Source: Alphaproteobacteria bacterium (GTDB taxonomy: Bacteria; Pseudomonadota; Alphaproteobacteria; UBA7879). Taken from it: a stretch of 64,000 bases of DNA. The position numbers and the translations under genes were made by a program. How positions within the stretch are numbered: position 1 is the stretch's first letter; each line of letters begins with the position of its first letter. The stretch is taken from the NCBI GenBank assembly GCA_002869105.1, contig PKTP01000010.1, forward strand, positions 55,789-119,788, in the 5' to 3' direction. Positions 1 through 9,250 of the stretch are shown one piece after another. The notes under the pieces are model-generated. The model was given only the letters and a program-made list of their open reading frames with translations, had not been told where the DNA came from and did not search any database.

Positions 1-816
1 CCCGGCGTTGGGGCTCATGATGCCTTCCTCATGGCTAATTTTAGGGCGGATCGGGTCCGTCAACTTCTCACCGCCCTTACGGCTGAAGACTTCAAAGATT
101 TTAAGCGCGTGCAAACAGTTTTTGATCACCGCTTTTATGGCATGACGGAATATGCCAGTTGGCTAACCCCTCTTATCACCGCCCTTTTCCCCTCCCAGAT
201 GCTCCAGCAAACCCTTGGTGAAGTACTGGAAGAGCAGCAGATGACACAATACCGCCTTGCCGAAACAGAAAAATATGCTCATGTTACCTACTTTTTTAAT
301 GGCGGTCGAGAAGACCCATTTGTCGGGGAAGAGCGCTTGGTCATCCCCACCCCTAAAGTTGCCACTTACGATGAAAAGCCAGAAATGGCGGCCTTAGAGC
401 TAACAGACCACCTGTGCAAAGCCATCGAAAGTCAGCGGTATGATTTAATCGTCGTCAACTATGCCAATGCTGATATGGTCGGGCACACCGGCAATCTTCA
501 AGCGTCCATCAAAGCCGTTGAGGTTCTTGATACTTGTCTCAACAAGATAGAAGCCAGCGTTCTTACAGCAAGGGGGAAACTTCTCATCACGGCAGATCAT
601 GGCAATATTGAACAAATGCTCAGTGAAAAAAATGGCAAGCCTCATACAGCTCATACGTGCTCGCCGGTTCCAGCGGTTTTGATCGGTGCTGATCGAACCT
701 TTCATGATTTGCCGGCAGGCCTTGCAGATATTGCCCCAACTATTTTAGACTTACTCAATATCAAAAAGCCATCTCACTGGGATGGTCAATCCCTTTTAAC
801 GCCGGGCAATTCATGA
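1..816 (+). CDS. gpmI: 2,3-bisphosphoglycerate-independent phosphoglycerate mutase, C-terminal part (5' end lies outside the window)
   Basis: Frame 1 is open from base 1. The ORF-track protein (261 aa) matches the iPGM C-terminal domain, including the ...NYANADMVGHTG... and ...ITADHGN... metal-binding motifs. Conserved alphaproteobacterial gpmI-envC-ctpA synteny follows. Confidence 0.85.
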   Translation, partial: PGVGAHDAFLMANFRADRVRQLLTALTAEDFKDFKRVQTVFDHRFYGMTEYASWLTPLITALFPSQMLQQTLGEVLEEQQMTQYRLAETEKYAHVTYFFNGGREDPFVGEERLVIPTPKVATYDEKPEMAALELTDHLCKAIESQRYDLIVVNYANADMVGHTGNLQASIKAVEVLDTCLNKIEASVLTARGKLLITADHGNIEQMLSEKNGKPHTAHTCSPVPAVLIGADRTFHDLPAGLADIAPTILDLLNIKKPSHWDGQSLLTPGNS

Positions 817-1874
817 AAAGACCGTTATTTCTTCTCCTCTCCCTATATTTAACATCCCCCCCTCTCCAGGCCGAGGTCATTCCAACCCTGAATCAAGCCA
901 TCAAAACAGATGCTTCCTATAAAAAAATCAATCAACAGCTGGTGGAGCTGTCAAAACAAAACCGGTTAACGGAAAGACAGCTCAGCCAAAATGAAACGAA
1001 ACTGTCTGAACTTGATAAAATCAGGCGCCTCAAAACAGCCACACTCAAGAAGATGCATGAACAAATGCAAGAGCTGATCAGCGCCATTGGCCGCCTCTCA
1101 CGGCATGGGCCAGATAATCTTCTGCAGGCATCCATTTCTCCTGATGAATTGATCCGGGGCATTATTCTGATGCGGTCACTCATGAAATGGGCCCATCAAA
1201 ACAATTTAGTCTTACAGCATGAGCTTGGAAATTGTACGTCTCTTCGCCAAGAAATGGACACAGAAAAGACCAAGCTGGAGCAAAACCACCTTGTCTTACA
1301 AAAACAATCCCAGAAAATGAAAAAGCTTTTAACGCAGCGGCGATCTCTTCTTCACAAAGAGCTTGAGAAACGTCGAAAAATTGCTGAGCAGGTCAAAAGG
1401 ATGGCACAAAAAGCGAAAAACATTCGAGACTTGGTCGGCAAAATTTCCAACAAACAGCAGCATCAAACCCTGACTACCATTAGCCCAGACACCACCGGTC
1501 GCTATGAAATTCTCCCTGTGCAGGGATCTATTATTAAAAAATTTGGGGAGGTTTCCCCAGAGAATCTAGATGGTCTTGGCGTTCTCTTTAACACACGCCC
1601 AGGTGCTTGGGTGATTGCTCCCACCACAGGTCAAATTGTTTTCGCAGGTCCATTCCGCCAATATCAAAATATGATTATTATCAGACACCAACGGCAAGGA
1701 TATTTCACCATACTTGCTGGTCTGGGAACTTTATCTGCCGATGCAGGCCAAACCGTTGACACAGGGGAGCCCCTCGGCAATATGCCCGCTGGGCCAACAG
1801 CACACCTTTATCTTGAGCTGCGCAAGAACGATCAAACACTCAATCCCATGAAGTGGATTGAAGGCGTTCACTAA
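813..1874 (+). CDS. EnvC-like murein hydrolase activator: signal peptide, long coiled-coil, C-terminal degenerate LytM/M23 domain
   Basis: 353-aa ORF whose ATGA start overlaps the gpmI stop. It has an N-terminal signal peptide and a Q/K/E/L-rich coiled-coil. The C-terminal M23 fold has lost its Zn ligands (GVLF in place of the HxxxD motif, HLYLE in place of HxH), as in the catalytically inactive EnvC. Confidence 0.7.
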   Translation: MKRPLFLLLSLYLTSPPLQAEVIPTLNQAIKTDASYKKINQQLVELSKQNRLTERQLSQNETKLSELDKIRRLKTATLKKMHEQMQELISAIGRLSRHGPDNLLQASISPDELIRGIILMRSLMKWAHQNNLVLQHELGNCTSLRQEMDTEKTKLEQNHLVLQKQSQKMKKLLTQRRSLLHKELEKRRKIAEQVKRMAQKAKNIRDLVGKISNKQQHQTLTTISPDTTGRYEILPVQGSIIKKFGEVSPENLDGLGVLFNTRPGAWVIAPTTGQIVFAGPFRQYQNMIIIRHQRQGYFTILAGLGTLSADAGQTVDTGEPLGNMPAGPTAHLYLELRKNDQTLNPMKWIEGVH

Positions 1875-3060
1875 GATGAAAAGCCATCTCTATATCATCA
1901 TCTGCACTTTCTTCTGGTCGTTCAACCTTGTTGCTAACTTGTCTGAAGCAGAAACCTTAACACGCTATTTAAAGGCCTTAGAACACATCCAGAAATACCA
2001 CCCCACGCTCAGCCAGAAAAGCTTGGTTGAACGGTCAATCGATTCACTTGCTCAATCATTGGATGCCCACGGAAAGCTTATTGACATGCATGAGCAAGCA
2101 GATCTCCATCAGCAACTTCGGGGCGAGTTTAAAGGTATTGGCGTTTTTATTCAGAAAAAATCCCCACATTTTATCATTGATAGGGTGTTAAGCCATTCAC
2201 CAGCTGAAAAAGCCGGGATTGAAGCCGGTGATATCATTCTGGCCATCAACAACGTACAAACAACTGGGTTAACCCTGAAACAAGTGATGCAGCACGTTCA
2301 AGCGGATCATCCTCAGGGTGTTAAATTCTCCTTACAAAGGCATAACGATACGTTTGATTACACCTTGAAAAAAGAAAAAATACCCCTCAGTGAACCAAAG
2401 CTGACCTATATGAAGGATGTTGCCATTCTAACAATCCCTTCTTTTCTTTCTAAAAATTTTACGGCAAAGCTTCATGAACGCATCAAACAGATTGATGAAA
2501 AAAAAGCGAAAGGCTTGATTATTGATCTGCGAGGAAATGGCGGCGGCCTAATTGAATCCGGACTTACGTTATGTAACCTCTTTATTGAAAACAAAGTCAT
2601 CACCCAAGTTCAAGAACGTGGCACTTCAAACATTAAAAAATATCTGAGCGGGGGTGGGCTTCTTTTTCCAAACCTCAAAATCATCATCTTAGTGGATGGT
2701 GAAACGGCCTCCACATCAGAAATTGTCGTTGGCTGTTTCAAAGATCATAAACGGGCGTTAATTGTAGGCAATCAAACTTTTGGCAAAGCCTCCATCCAAT
2801 CATTGATTCGCATCCATCAAGACTGGCTACTCCAGCTTACAACCCATCATTATCTAACGCCCAACGGCACCTCCATTGATCAACAGGGCATCAAACCAGA
2901 TGTGCCACTTTCTCCAGAAACCTCCAACGATTCAGTGCTGGAGAAAGCATTGACTCTCCTCAACACGGGTCATCCTCTTCAAACAAACAACCCTGACGAA
3001 ACCTCAAAAAAGAGCCAAATATCGGCGATCAACCACCCTCAAAAACCAACCGTAGCATGA
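1858..3060 (+). CDS. ctpA: Carboxy-terminal processing protease (S41 family, PDZ domain)
   Basis: 400-aa ORF with a signal peptide, a PDZ region (GDIILAINN) and an S41 core (DLRGNGGG... and TFGKASIQS Ser/Lys dyad context). It sits in the conserved position after the envC-like gene. Confidence 0.85.
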   Translation: MKAFTKMKSHLYIIICTFFWSFNLVANLSEAETLTRYLKALEHIQKYHPTLSQKSLVERSIDSLAQSLDAHGKLIDMHEQADLHQQLRGEFKGIGVFIQKKSPHFIIDRVLSHSPAEKAGIEAGDIILAINNVQTTGLTLKQVMQHVQADHPQGVKFSLQRHNDTFDYTLKKEKIPLSEPKLTYMKDVAILTIPSFLSKNFTAKLHERIKQIDEKKAKGLIIDLRGNGGGLIESGLTLCNLFIENKVITQVQERGTSNIKKYLSGGGLLFPNLKIIILVDGETASTSEIVVGCFKDHKRALIVGNQTFGKASIQSLIRIHQDWLLQLTTHHYLTPNGTSIDQQGIKPDVPLSPETSNDSVLEKALTLLNTGHPLQTNNPDETSKKSQISAINHPQKPTVA

Positions 3061-3668
3061 TTACTATTTATACAAATATCACCTCTCGCTCACTGTTGGA
3101 TCGCTTTCAAAAGCTCATGTTGCCCATTGCCTATCGCTTTATGCCCCTGGATCAGCACCCAGAAAAGACCGCGGCGATCTTTCTCATGAAGGATGAAGGG
3201 TCTTTGTCTTCAAGCTCTTTCCCGCCGCCAGGATCCACCGTCATTCTGATTACCCAACAAGACTCTCTCTCTTCCAACCAAAAGTCTGTAAAAATATATC
3301 CATTGAAAATCCCTTTTCGCATTCAAGAGTTGAAAATCCTACTCAAAAAAGCAGCGAGGATCTGCTTAACACATGGCTCCATTCAATTAGCCTATGAAAA
3401 GCGCATACTGCTCTGCACAGCGTCCAATAAGAAGGCAATCCTCACCGAAAAGGAAGCGCATATTCTTTTGATTCTTTTTCAACACCCCGATCCAAAAGGG
3501 CTTTTAAAGGCTGACTTGCTGTACAAAGTTTGGGGATACAAGTCAGACATGGAAACGCATACCTTAGAGACCCATCTCTATCGTTTGCGCAAAAAAGTGC
3601 GGGATGAGCTTGGGATAGCGCTGATTGAAACAGGACAGAACCGGGTTTTTTTAGAAAGAAAAACATAG
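3057..3668 (+). CDS. Atypical OmpR/PhoB-family winged-helix transcriptional regulator with a degenerate (non-phosphorylatable) N-terminal domain
   Basis: 203-aa ORF overlapping the ctpA stop (ATGA). The C-terminal 90 aa carry the trans_reg_C signature (LTEKEAHILLILFQHP...THTLETHLYRLRKKV). The N-terminal 100 aa lack the acidic DD pocket and phosphoacceptor Asp of a receiver domain. Confidence 0.5.
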   Translation: MITIYTNITSRSLLDRFQKLMLPIAYRFMPLDQHPEKTAAIFLMKDEGSLSSSSFPPPGSTVILITQQDSLSSNQKSVKIYPLKIPFRIQELKILLKKAARICLTHGSIQLAYEKRILLCTASNKKAILTEKEAHILLILFQHPDPKGLLKADLLYKVWGYKSDMETHTLETHLYRLRKKVRDELGIALIETGQNRVFLERKT

Positions 3669-3674
3669 AAGGAA

Positions 3675-3749
3675 TGGCTGGGGTGGCAGGATTCGAACCT
3701 GCGCATGACGGTATCAAAAACCGCTGCCTTACCGCTTGGCTACACCCCA
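3675..3749 (-). tRNA. tRNA-Gln (anticodon UUG)
   Basis: The 75-nt reverse complement folds as a cloverleaf: acceptor stem TGGGGTG/CACCCCA, anticodon stem GCGGT/ACCGT with loop TTTTGAT (anticodon TTG), T-arm GCAGG-TTCGAAT-CCTGC, and an encoded CCA. Confidence 0.85.
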
Positions 3750-3833
3750 ATTTAATATCCAAAACATAATGACCCTGCCCAAAAAAAGCAAGTGTCTTTT
3801 TGCGCGCATTACTTAGTCAACCTTTCTCTGGCT

Positions 3834-5546
3834 TTATTGAACACTAGCAACGCCTGCAGCGCTGGCTGTCTCTTGACGTTCTCCTTGATTGTAGAATTGC
3901 TGAACAACGCCTTCAACAAAAGTTTCAATAAAACGCGCCGGGACTTTTGAATCTTTAGATCCATGCGGCTGCGCAATTGTCTGATCCCCCACCGTTAAAT
4001 GACTGCCGCGTCTGGTAAGTTTATGGCGCACATATTGCATAAAATGAGAGCCGCTTCTCCCCATCTGTCGGGCTTGCTGGTTTAAAATCTTTCCTAAACT
4101 GCTGAACTTTAAACGGGATTTTTTCCTAAGGTCCTCGAGTGAACGCTCAAGGTCTACAAGAGCCGCTGCTGCAGCGGCGCCTGTGGCAGCTGATCCCGCC
4201 GCAGATGATGAAGATTGCGTCTTTTGTCTTTGTGTATGCTTCTTACGACTCTGTTGTTTTTTCGTTTGTTTCGTAAGTTGCGCCCGCGCTGCCGCATTTT
4301 TTTGTGCCATATCCTTTTGCGGGTCTGCTTGCATAATTTGATCTAAGAGAGACTGCTTCACTTCATCTCGCATTCTTACCAGCGCTGCAGCAGGATTTTC
4401 CTCCCCTTCTTCTGCAGCTTCAAGAGCAGGTAACTCTCTCACAATGCCCAAAAGAACTTGGTAAGCTGTCTGATTGCCTTTTGCATCTGGGTTCTCAATA
4501 ATCTCATCCAGCCAATCCAAATACATTAATTCCAATTCTTGCTGGGTTGGCAGAGGAATAAGATTACTATTTTCACCCCCTAAAATTGTTTTGAATCGTG
4601 CATAATCTCGGTGGTGCTCCAAAATAAGTTGAGTCAATGATGCCCCCGACTCACCAATATAACCGGTGAAAGAAGGATCCTCAATCTGCACACCTTCAAG
4701 GTCCACAGAAGACTTTGAGTTAAGATTTTTGAGGGGATTCATTGAATCACTCAGGCCATTATAAGCACTGACTTCAATTCCTCGCTTATCCTCTCTTAAG
4801 TAAATACCTTTGGCTGCAACGACTTCTCCTTCAGGGTTAATAATAAACGTTCGTGGAACACCTGCTTTCATTTCACCATAGGGAAGCTTAATAAGTTCAT
4901 GCGCATGTGAGTTTTTGGCTCTGGAGAAAAAAGGAACTGGCCCCTGAGCGTTCCAAAAATAGTGCAGTGTTAAGCGATCACTCATGCCCTTAATATTTTG
5001 AAGCGTCCCATATGGATAGGTCACTTGAGCTTTATCCTGGTAATGGAGGTAAGAAAGAACGCTCAACGTCATCCGTTGGAATTGCTTGAATGAGTCTGCA
5101 TAATTCTGTTCAGACAGTTTTTTTAAAAACCCGCTTTCTAATACTGCGCCTATGCGGCTCTGAGTATAGAGAGTTGTCACACTAGAGGCGATATATAAAG
5201 TTGCTCCATGATAGCTTGCTGTAGCGTTTTGAAAAGCCACCATAAGATCATTGTTTGGATCTTTTGCCGTTTTTATTGAGCGCGGGTTTATAAATGTTCT
5301 TTTATACGCCTCTACAAAAGAGATAATGCTCCCTTGAGCCATGGTAGCAACTTGAGTATCAACGGGTGATAAAGGATAATTTGTTCCATCAACACACCAT
5401 TTTTTCTGAAAAAATGGCTGCAGCAGGCACTGTTGCTGATCATCCGAGAGATCTTCATGCTTTCCAACTGGAAAAACCACTGCCTCTACTGACAAAGAAA
5501 AAATAAAGAAAAGAAGAAGATGTTTCATAATAGTTCTATATAACAT
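3834..5546 (-). CDS. Hypothetical secreted protein (signal peptide; C-terminal Ala/Ser-rich and polybasic low-complexity region)
   Basis: 570-aa ORF with an N-terminal signal peptide (MKHLLLFFIFSLSVEA; the start may be the second ATG at 5528). No recognisable catalytic motif. The C-terminus reads KKQQSRKKHTQRQKTQSSSSAAGSAATGAAAAAA. Confidence 0.5.
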   Translation of the reverse strand: MLYRTIMKHLLLFFIFSLSVEAVVFPVGKHEDLSDDQQQCLLQPFFQKKWCVDGTNYPLSPVDTQVATMAQGSIISFVEAYKRTFINPRSIKTAKDPNNDLMVAFQNATASYHGATLYIASSVTTLYTQSRIGAVLESGFLKKLSEQNYADSFKQFQRMTLSVLSYLHYQDKAQVTYPYGTLQNIKGMSDRLTLHYFWNAQGPVPFFSRAKNSHAHELIKLPYGEMKAGVPRTFIINPEGEVVAAKGIYLREDKRGIEVSAYNGLSDSMNPLKNLNSKSSVDLEGVQIEDPSFTGYIGESGASLTQLILEHHRDYARFKTILGGENSNLIPLPTQQELELMYLDWLDEIIENPDAKGNQTAYQVLLGIVRELPALEAAEEGEENPAAALVRMRDEVKQSLLDQIMQADPQKDMAQKNAAARAQLTKQTKKQQSRKKHTQRQKTQSSSSAAGSAATGAAAAAALVDLERSLEDLRKKSRLKFSSLGKILNQQARQMGRSGSHFMQYVRHKLTRRGSHLTVGDQTIAQPHGSKDSKVPARFIETFVEGVVQQFYNQGERQETASAAGVASVQ

Positions 5547-5717
5547 TTAAAAGGATATATTAATGTTTTTTAAAGATTTCAAGGTTGTTAATACTCATGA
5601 AAAATTAAAAAACCATTTAAAAATTCCTTATCCGCGGTATCCCCTTTATATTAAAAGAGGGAATCACCCATATTTTCTCTTGGTTTGGTTGCCACTCAGG
5701 CCTTATAAAGAGGGAAC

Positions 5718-6629
5718 ATGACTATCAACATGAAAAATATTTTAGTGGTCGGCCCAACCGCCTCTGGCAAATCAGGCTTTGCAAAAGCAGTACAAAGCCG
5801 GGCGGGGGGCACCATTGTGAATGCCGACAGTTGTCAGGTTTATCAAGATGTGCCAATTTTATCGGCCCAGCCCCAGTTGAAAGATCTAAAGCAAACGCCG
5901 CACGCTCTGTACACGTTCATTCCACCCGATCACTCCTACAGCGTTGGTCAGTATTTGGATGATGTCCACACCCTTGAAAATACAAAGCCACTTACACCTC
6001 TTACCTTTGTTGGCGGCACAGGCCTTTATCTCAGCGCCCTAACCAAAGGTCTGGATGTTGGGCCTTCCAGTGCAGAAATCCGCAACAAAGCCCATCAGGA
6101 TGCAAAGCAGCTGGGACATGATGTCATCCATCAACGCCTTCAAAAAGCTGCACCAAATTTTTCTGTACACCCCAACAATCATCAACGTCTTTTGCGCGCC
6201 TATGAAATTTATCTGGCTGAAAAGCAAGAAACAGCGCCGCCAGAAACTCAGCCCAAGCCACCTCCTCTTACTGAAGTTTATGTTGTTTTACTCAATCCGC
6301 CCGCAGATGCGTTGCGACAAAAAATCAAGAGTCGTCTTGGCCAAATGATGGAAGAGGGCGCTTTAGATGAGATAGAAGCCCTGAAAAGAAAATACCCAAA
6401 CCTTGGCACCAGCGCCCAAAAAATTATCGGCGTCAAGGAGCTTTCAGACTATCTAGACGGCAAAGGGACGCTCGCAGATGCCCAAGAAAGAATTTACATT
6501 CGCACCTGCCAATACGCCAAAAGACAACGCACGTGGTTTCGCCATAAAATTGCTGTCGATAAAGTCATCGATACAGCGTGGGATCTAGCTGATGTCAAAG
6601 AGGTGGTTCAAAAAATCACATGCCCGTAG
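5718..6629 (+). CDS. miaA: tRNA dimethylallyltransferase
   Basis: 303-aa ORF with the P-loop [10 protein letters not shown] near the N-terminus and the MiaA-conserved [10 protein letters not shown] motif. Confidence 0.85.
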   Translation: MTINMKNILVVGPTASGKSGFAKAVQSRAGGTIVNADSCQVYQDVPILSAQPQLKDLKQTPHALYTFIPPDHSYSVGQYLDDVHTLENTKPLTPLTFVGGTGLYLSALTKGLDVGPSSAEIRNKAHQDAKQLGHDVIHQRLQKAAPNFSVHPNNHQRLLRAYEIYLAEKQETAPPETQPKPPPLTEVYVVLLNPPADALRQKIKSRLGQMMEEGALDEIEALKRKYPNLGTSAQKIIGVKELSDYLDGKGTLADAQERIYIRTCQYAKRQRTWFRHKIAVDKVIDTAWDLADVKEVVQKITCP

Positions 6630-7068
6630 AGCCAAATCCACCCGTGCCGCGCTCTGTGCCTTCTGCAATGCTGTCTGTTTGTTGAAATGAGGCGCGTGTA
6701 ACAGGCGCAACAACAAATTGGGCGATGCGCATTCCATGCTCTACTACAAAAGCCGCCTCACAATGATTGATTAACAGAACCTTGATTTCGCCACGATAAT
6801 CAGCATCAATGGTTGCGGGGCTGTTTAAAACCGTAATGCCATGCTTAAAAGCCAGACCCGATCTCGGCCGAATTTGAATTTCATAGCCATCAGGAATAAG
6901 AGCCTTTAAGCCCGTGGGGATCAGCACGCGGGCGCCTGCTGCAACCACAACTGACTTTCCATCCAAAGCTGCACAAACATCAGCTCCAGCGCTTCCAGCA
7001 GTGGCGTAAAAAGGAATCGGGTTATCTCCCGCATGAACCAATCGTTCCATTTTAATATCTACCATCAT
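6616..7068 (-). CDS. dut: dUTP diphosphatase
   Basis: The ORF-track ORF extends to 7110, but Dut homology begins at [18 protein letters not shown] is followed by TAATGATGATG, so the start is taken at the ATG at 7068 (alternatives 7065 or 7071). Dut motifs are present: [34 protein letters not shown]. Confidence 0.85.
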   Translation of the reverse strand: MMVDIKMERLVHAGDNPIPFYATAGSAGADVCAALDGKSVVVAAGARVLIPTGLKALIPDGYEIQIRPRSGLAFKHGITVLNSPATIDADYRGEIKVLLINHCEAAFVVEHGMRIAQFVVAPVTRASFQQTDSIAEGTERGTGGFGSTGM

Positions 7069-7070
7069 CA

Positions 7071-7819
7071 TTACTCCTTCCATGCATGATACGCACGCAC
7101 CACACCACATGCGTAATTTTTAACAGATATAGACTGATAGTTTGCCTCTTCTAAAAGCTGGCAAAATGTCTCTGGCGCCATAAATGTTTCAATGCTCTCG
7201 GCTAAATATTGATAAGCCGCCTCATTTTTGGCAACCCATTTTCCCATCAGGGGCAACAACCCAAAAGCATAGCCATCATAGATCCTTTTAATCACCTGGC
7301 TTTTGGGTTGGCTGAATTCCAAGCAATGAAAAGAGCCGCCGGGCCCCAAACACCGATAACTTTCTTTCAAAGCGGCCTGAACATCAGACACATTTCGAAT
7401 GCCAAAGGCAATGGAATACGAATCAAAAGCATCTGATTCAAAGGGCAAACGCTCTGCATTGGCGTGTATCCAGTCAATATTTTTAAAGAGGCCTTGATTA
7501 AACAGCTGATCCTGGCCCTTTTTGAGCATCTCTTCATTTAAATCAGTTGCAACAATCTGATAATCAAGGTTGTTCTTTTCCAGTCGACGTACAAGGGCGG
7601 CTGTAATATCACCCGTTCCAGCAGCCACATCCAGATGCTTCAGACCAGGCTTTAGCGGAAAGTCAGCAACAAATGATTTTTCCAAAGACGGTGTTGAAAT
7701 CCACTCATTAAGTCGTTCATCAGATCATATAGATCAGAAACATCGGAAAAAATCTTTTGAACACCCTCTCTTTTTTCTTCAGGGGTCACTTTTTGAAAAC
7801 CAAAGGGAGTTTGTGTCAT
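7071..7819 (-). pseudogene. ubiE: ubiE/menG demethylmenaquinone/ubiquinone C-methyltransferase, frameshifted: N-terminal 55 codons (7819..7655) are in a different frame from the SAM-MTase body (7685..7071)
   Basis: The upstream frame from the ATG at 7819 encodes MTQTPFGFQKVTPEEKREGVQKIFSDVSDLYDLMNDLMSGFQHRLWK..., a clear UbiE N-terminus. It runs into a stop at 7652. The body LDVAAGTGD... is in the frame one base off and, taken alone, would need a TTG start. A 5-nt homopolymer (T5 on +, 7677..7681) sits at the junction, and one extra A would restore ...HRLWKKSFVADF.... Confidence 0.7.
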
Positions 7820-7921
7820 GTGGTGCCCTTTCTAACAACCCGCCCAGTTGACCGTATAATAAAAATTTTAAATGTCAAAATTGTCTGTGCGCCCATCTGT
7901 TTTTATACAATTTAAAATAAA

Positions 7922-9163
7922 ATGAGTATTTTTTTAGTTTTACATCCTAGGGTTGATGTTTTAAACCTAATTTCTATGACAGTGCATTCGCTTTACACAT
8001 TCAAAAAAATAATTGGATTCAGTGCCTTAGTCCTATCTTCTGCCTTTGCCATGTTTTGTATGTTCTTTGGCTCAGGCAATCTTATTTTTCCTCTGGCAAT
8101 TGGTCAAAAAACAGGCAGCGCCTATGTGTACGGCATTCTCGGACTCACAATAACCGGTATCATATTACCATTCTTCGGTTTGATTGTGACGTTTTTATTC
8201 CAAGGATCTTATCAAAACTTTTTCAAAAATTTTGATCGTCGATTCGGCATCGTCATGCCCCTTGTTATATTATCACTGATGGGCCCTTTTGCTGTTATGC
8301 CGCGGTGCATTACAGTTGCTCATGGAAGCTTTCTTCTGGTATCGCCCGATACTTCCATCTGGCAATTTAGTCTTTTCAGTTGCTTCATCATCTATATCCT
8401 GTCTTTTGACAAAGGAAAAATCGTTCCCCTTCTTGGCAGCGCGTTAACCCCGATCCTGCTATTTTCACTGGGAATGATTATTTATTCAGGGATCTCCGCA
8501 GCCCCTAAAGTGCCGCTCAACCCAGAGACGCAAAAGGCTTTTTTGACCGGGATGCATGATGGATATCAAATGATGGATTTGTTTGCCGCTTTCTTTTTTT
8601 CTGCAACGGTCGTCTCTTATCTCAAGGCAAAGCTCAGCCATAAAAAAATCTCCGCAACATCGCGCGTACAACTCATCGTAGCCTCGCTCACATTGGGGGC
8701 CGTCTTCCTAGCTGTGATCTATGCCTTTCTCATTTATCTGGGCGCTGCCTACAGTCAAGAATTAGCAATTGTTCCAGTCGAGTCACGCCTGGCTTACATT
8801 GCTCAAAAAACCCTGGGTCATATTGCCGGGCCTATGGTTGCAACCGCCGTGGGTCTGGCGTGCATTACAACGGCTATTGTTCTCACATCGGTGGTAAGCG
8901 ACTATTATCAGAAAGTCCTATTTCGCTCAAAAATATCTAAGGGGGCAACCAATGTCTTGATTCTCACCATAACTTTTTTTATTTCAACGCTCAAATTTAA
9001 CGGCATCGCTCAATACCTCTCCCCAATTCTCACCTTTCTTTACCCTGGCATCATTATGATGACGCTCCTGTCCCTTGGACAAAAACTGTTTAATTGGCCC
9101 TATCCACGCTGGATCATTGTGGCGGTTTTTGTCCTTACCTTTCTACGAATGGTTCTAAATTAG
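7922..9163 (+). CDS. brnQ: Branched-chain amino acid transport system II carrier protein (LIVCS family)
   Basis: 413-aa polytopic membrane ORF with the LIVCS signature FGSGNLIFPLAIGQ near the N-terminus. The true start may be the internal Met at about 7976. Confidence 0.75.
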   Translation: MSIFLVLHPRVDVLNLISMTVHSLYTFKKIIGFSALVLSSAFAMFCMFFGSGNLIFPLAIGQKTGSAYVYGILGLTITGIILPFFGLIVTFLFQGSYQNFFKNFDRRFGIVMPLVILSLMGPFAVMPRCITVAHGSFLLVSPDTSIWQFSLFSCFIIYILSFDKGKIVPLLGSALTPILLFSLGMIIYSGISAAPKVPLNPETQKAFLTGMHDGYQMMDLFAAFFFSATVVSYLKAKLSHKKISATSRVQLIVASLTLGAVFLAVIYAFLIYLGAAYSQELAIVPVESRLAYIAQKTLGHIAGPMVATAVGLACITTAIVLTSVVSDYYQKVLFRSKISKGATNVLILTITFFISTLKFNGIAQYLSPILTFLYPGIIMMTLLSLGQKLFNWPYPRWIIVAVFVLTFLRMVLN

Positions 9164-9250
9164 TAAAAAACCAAATCCTTTTTTATTTTAAGGTTTTTTT
9201 AAAATTAAGAATCAACTAAAGATAAAGAACCCAATAACAAAGGAAAAGAT

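Noticed and set aside
7570-7851. The + strand 93-aa ORF upstream of ubiE
   Set aside because: It is antisense to the genuine ubiE N-terminal coding segment (7819..7655), whose product aligns with UbiE. The minus-strand reading is the real one.
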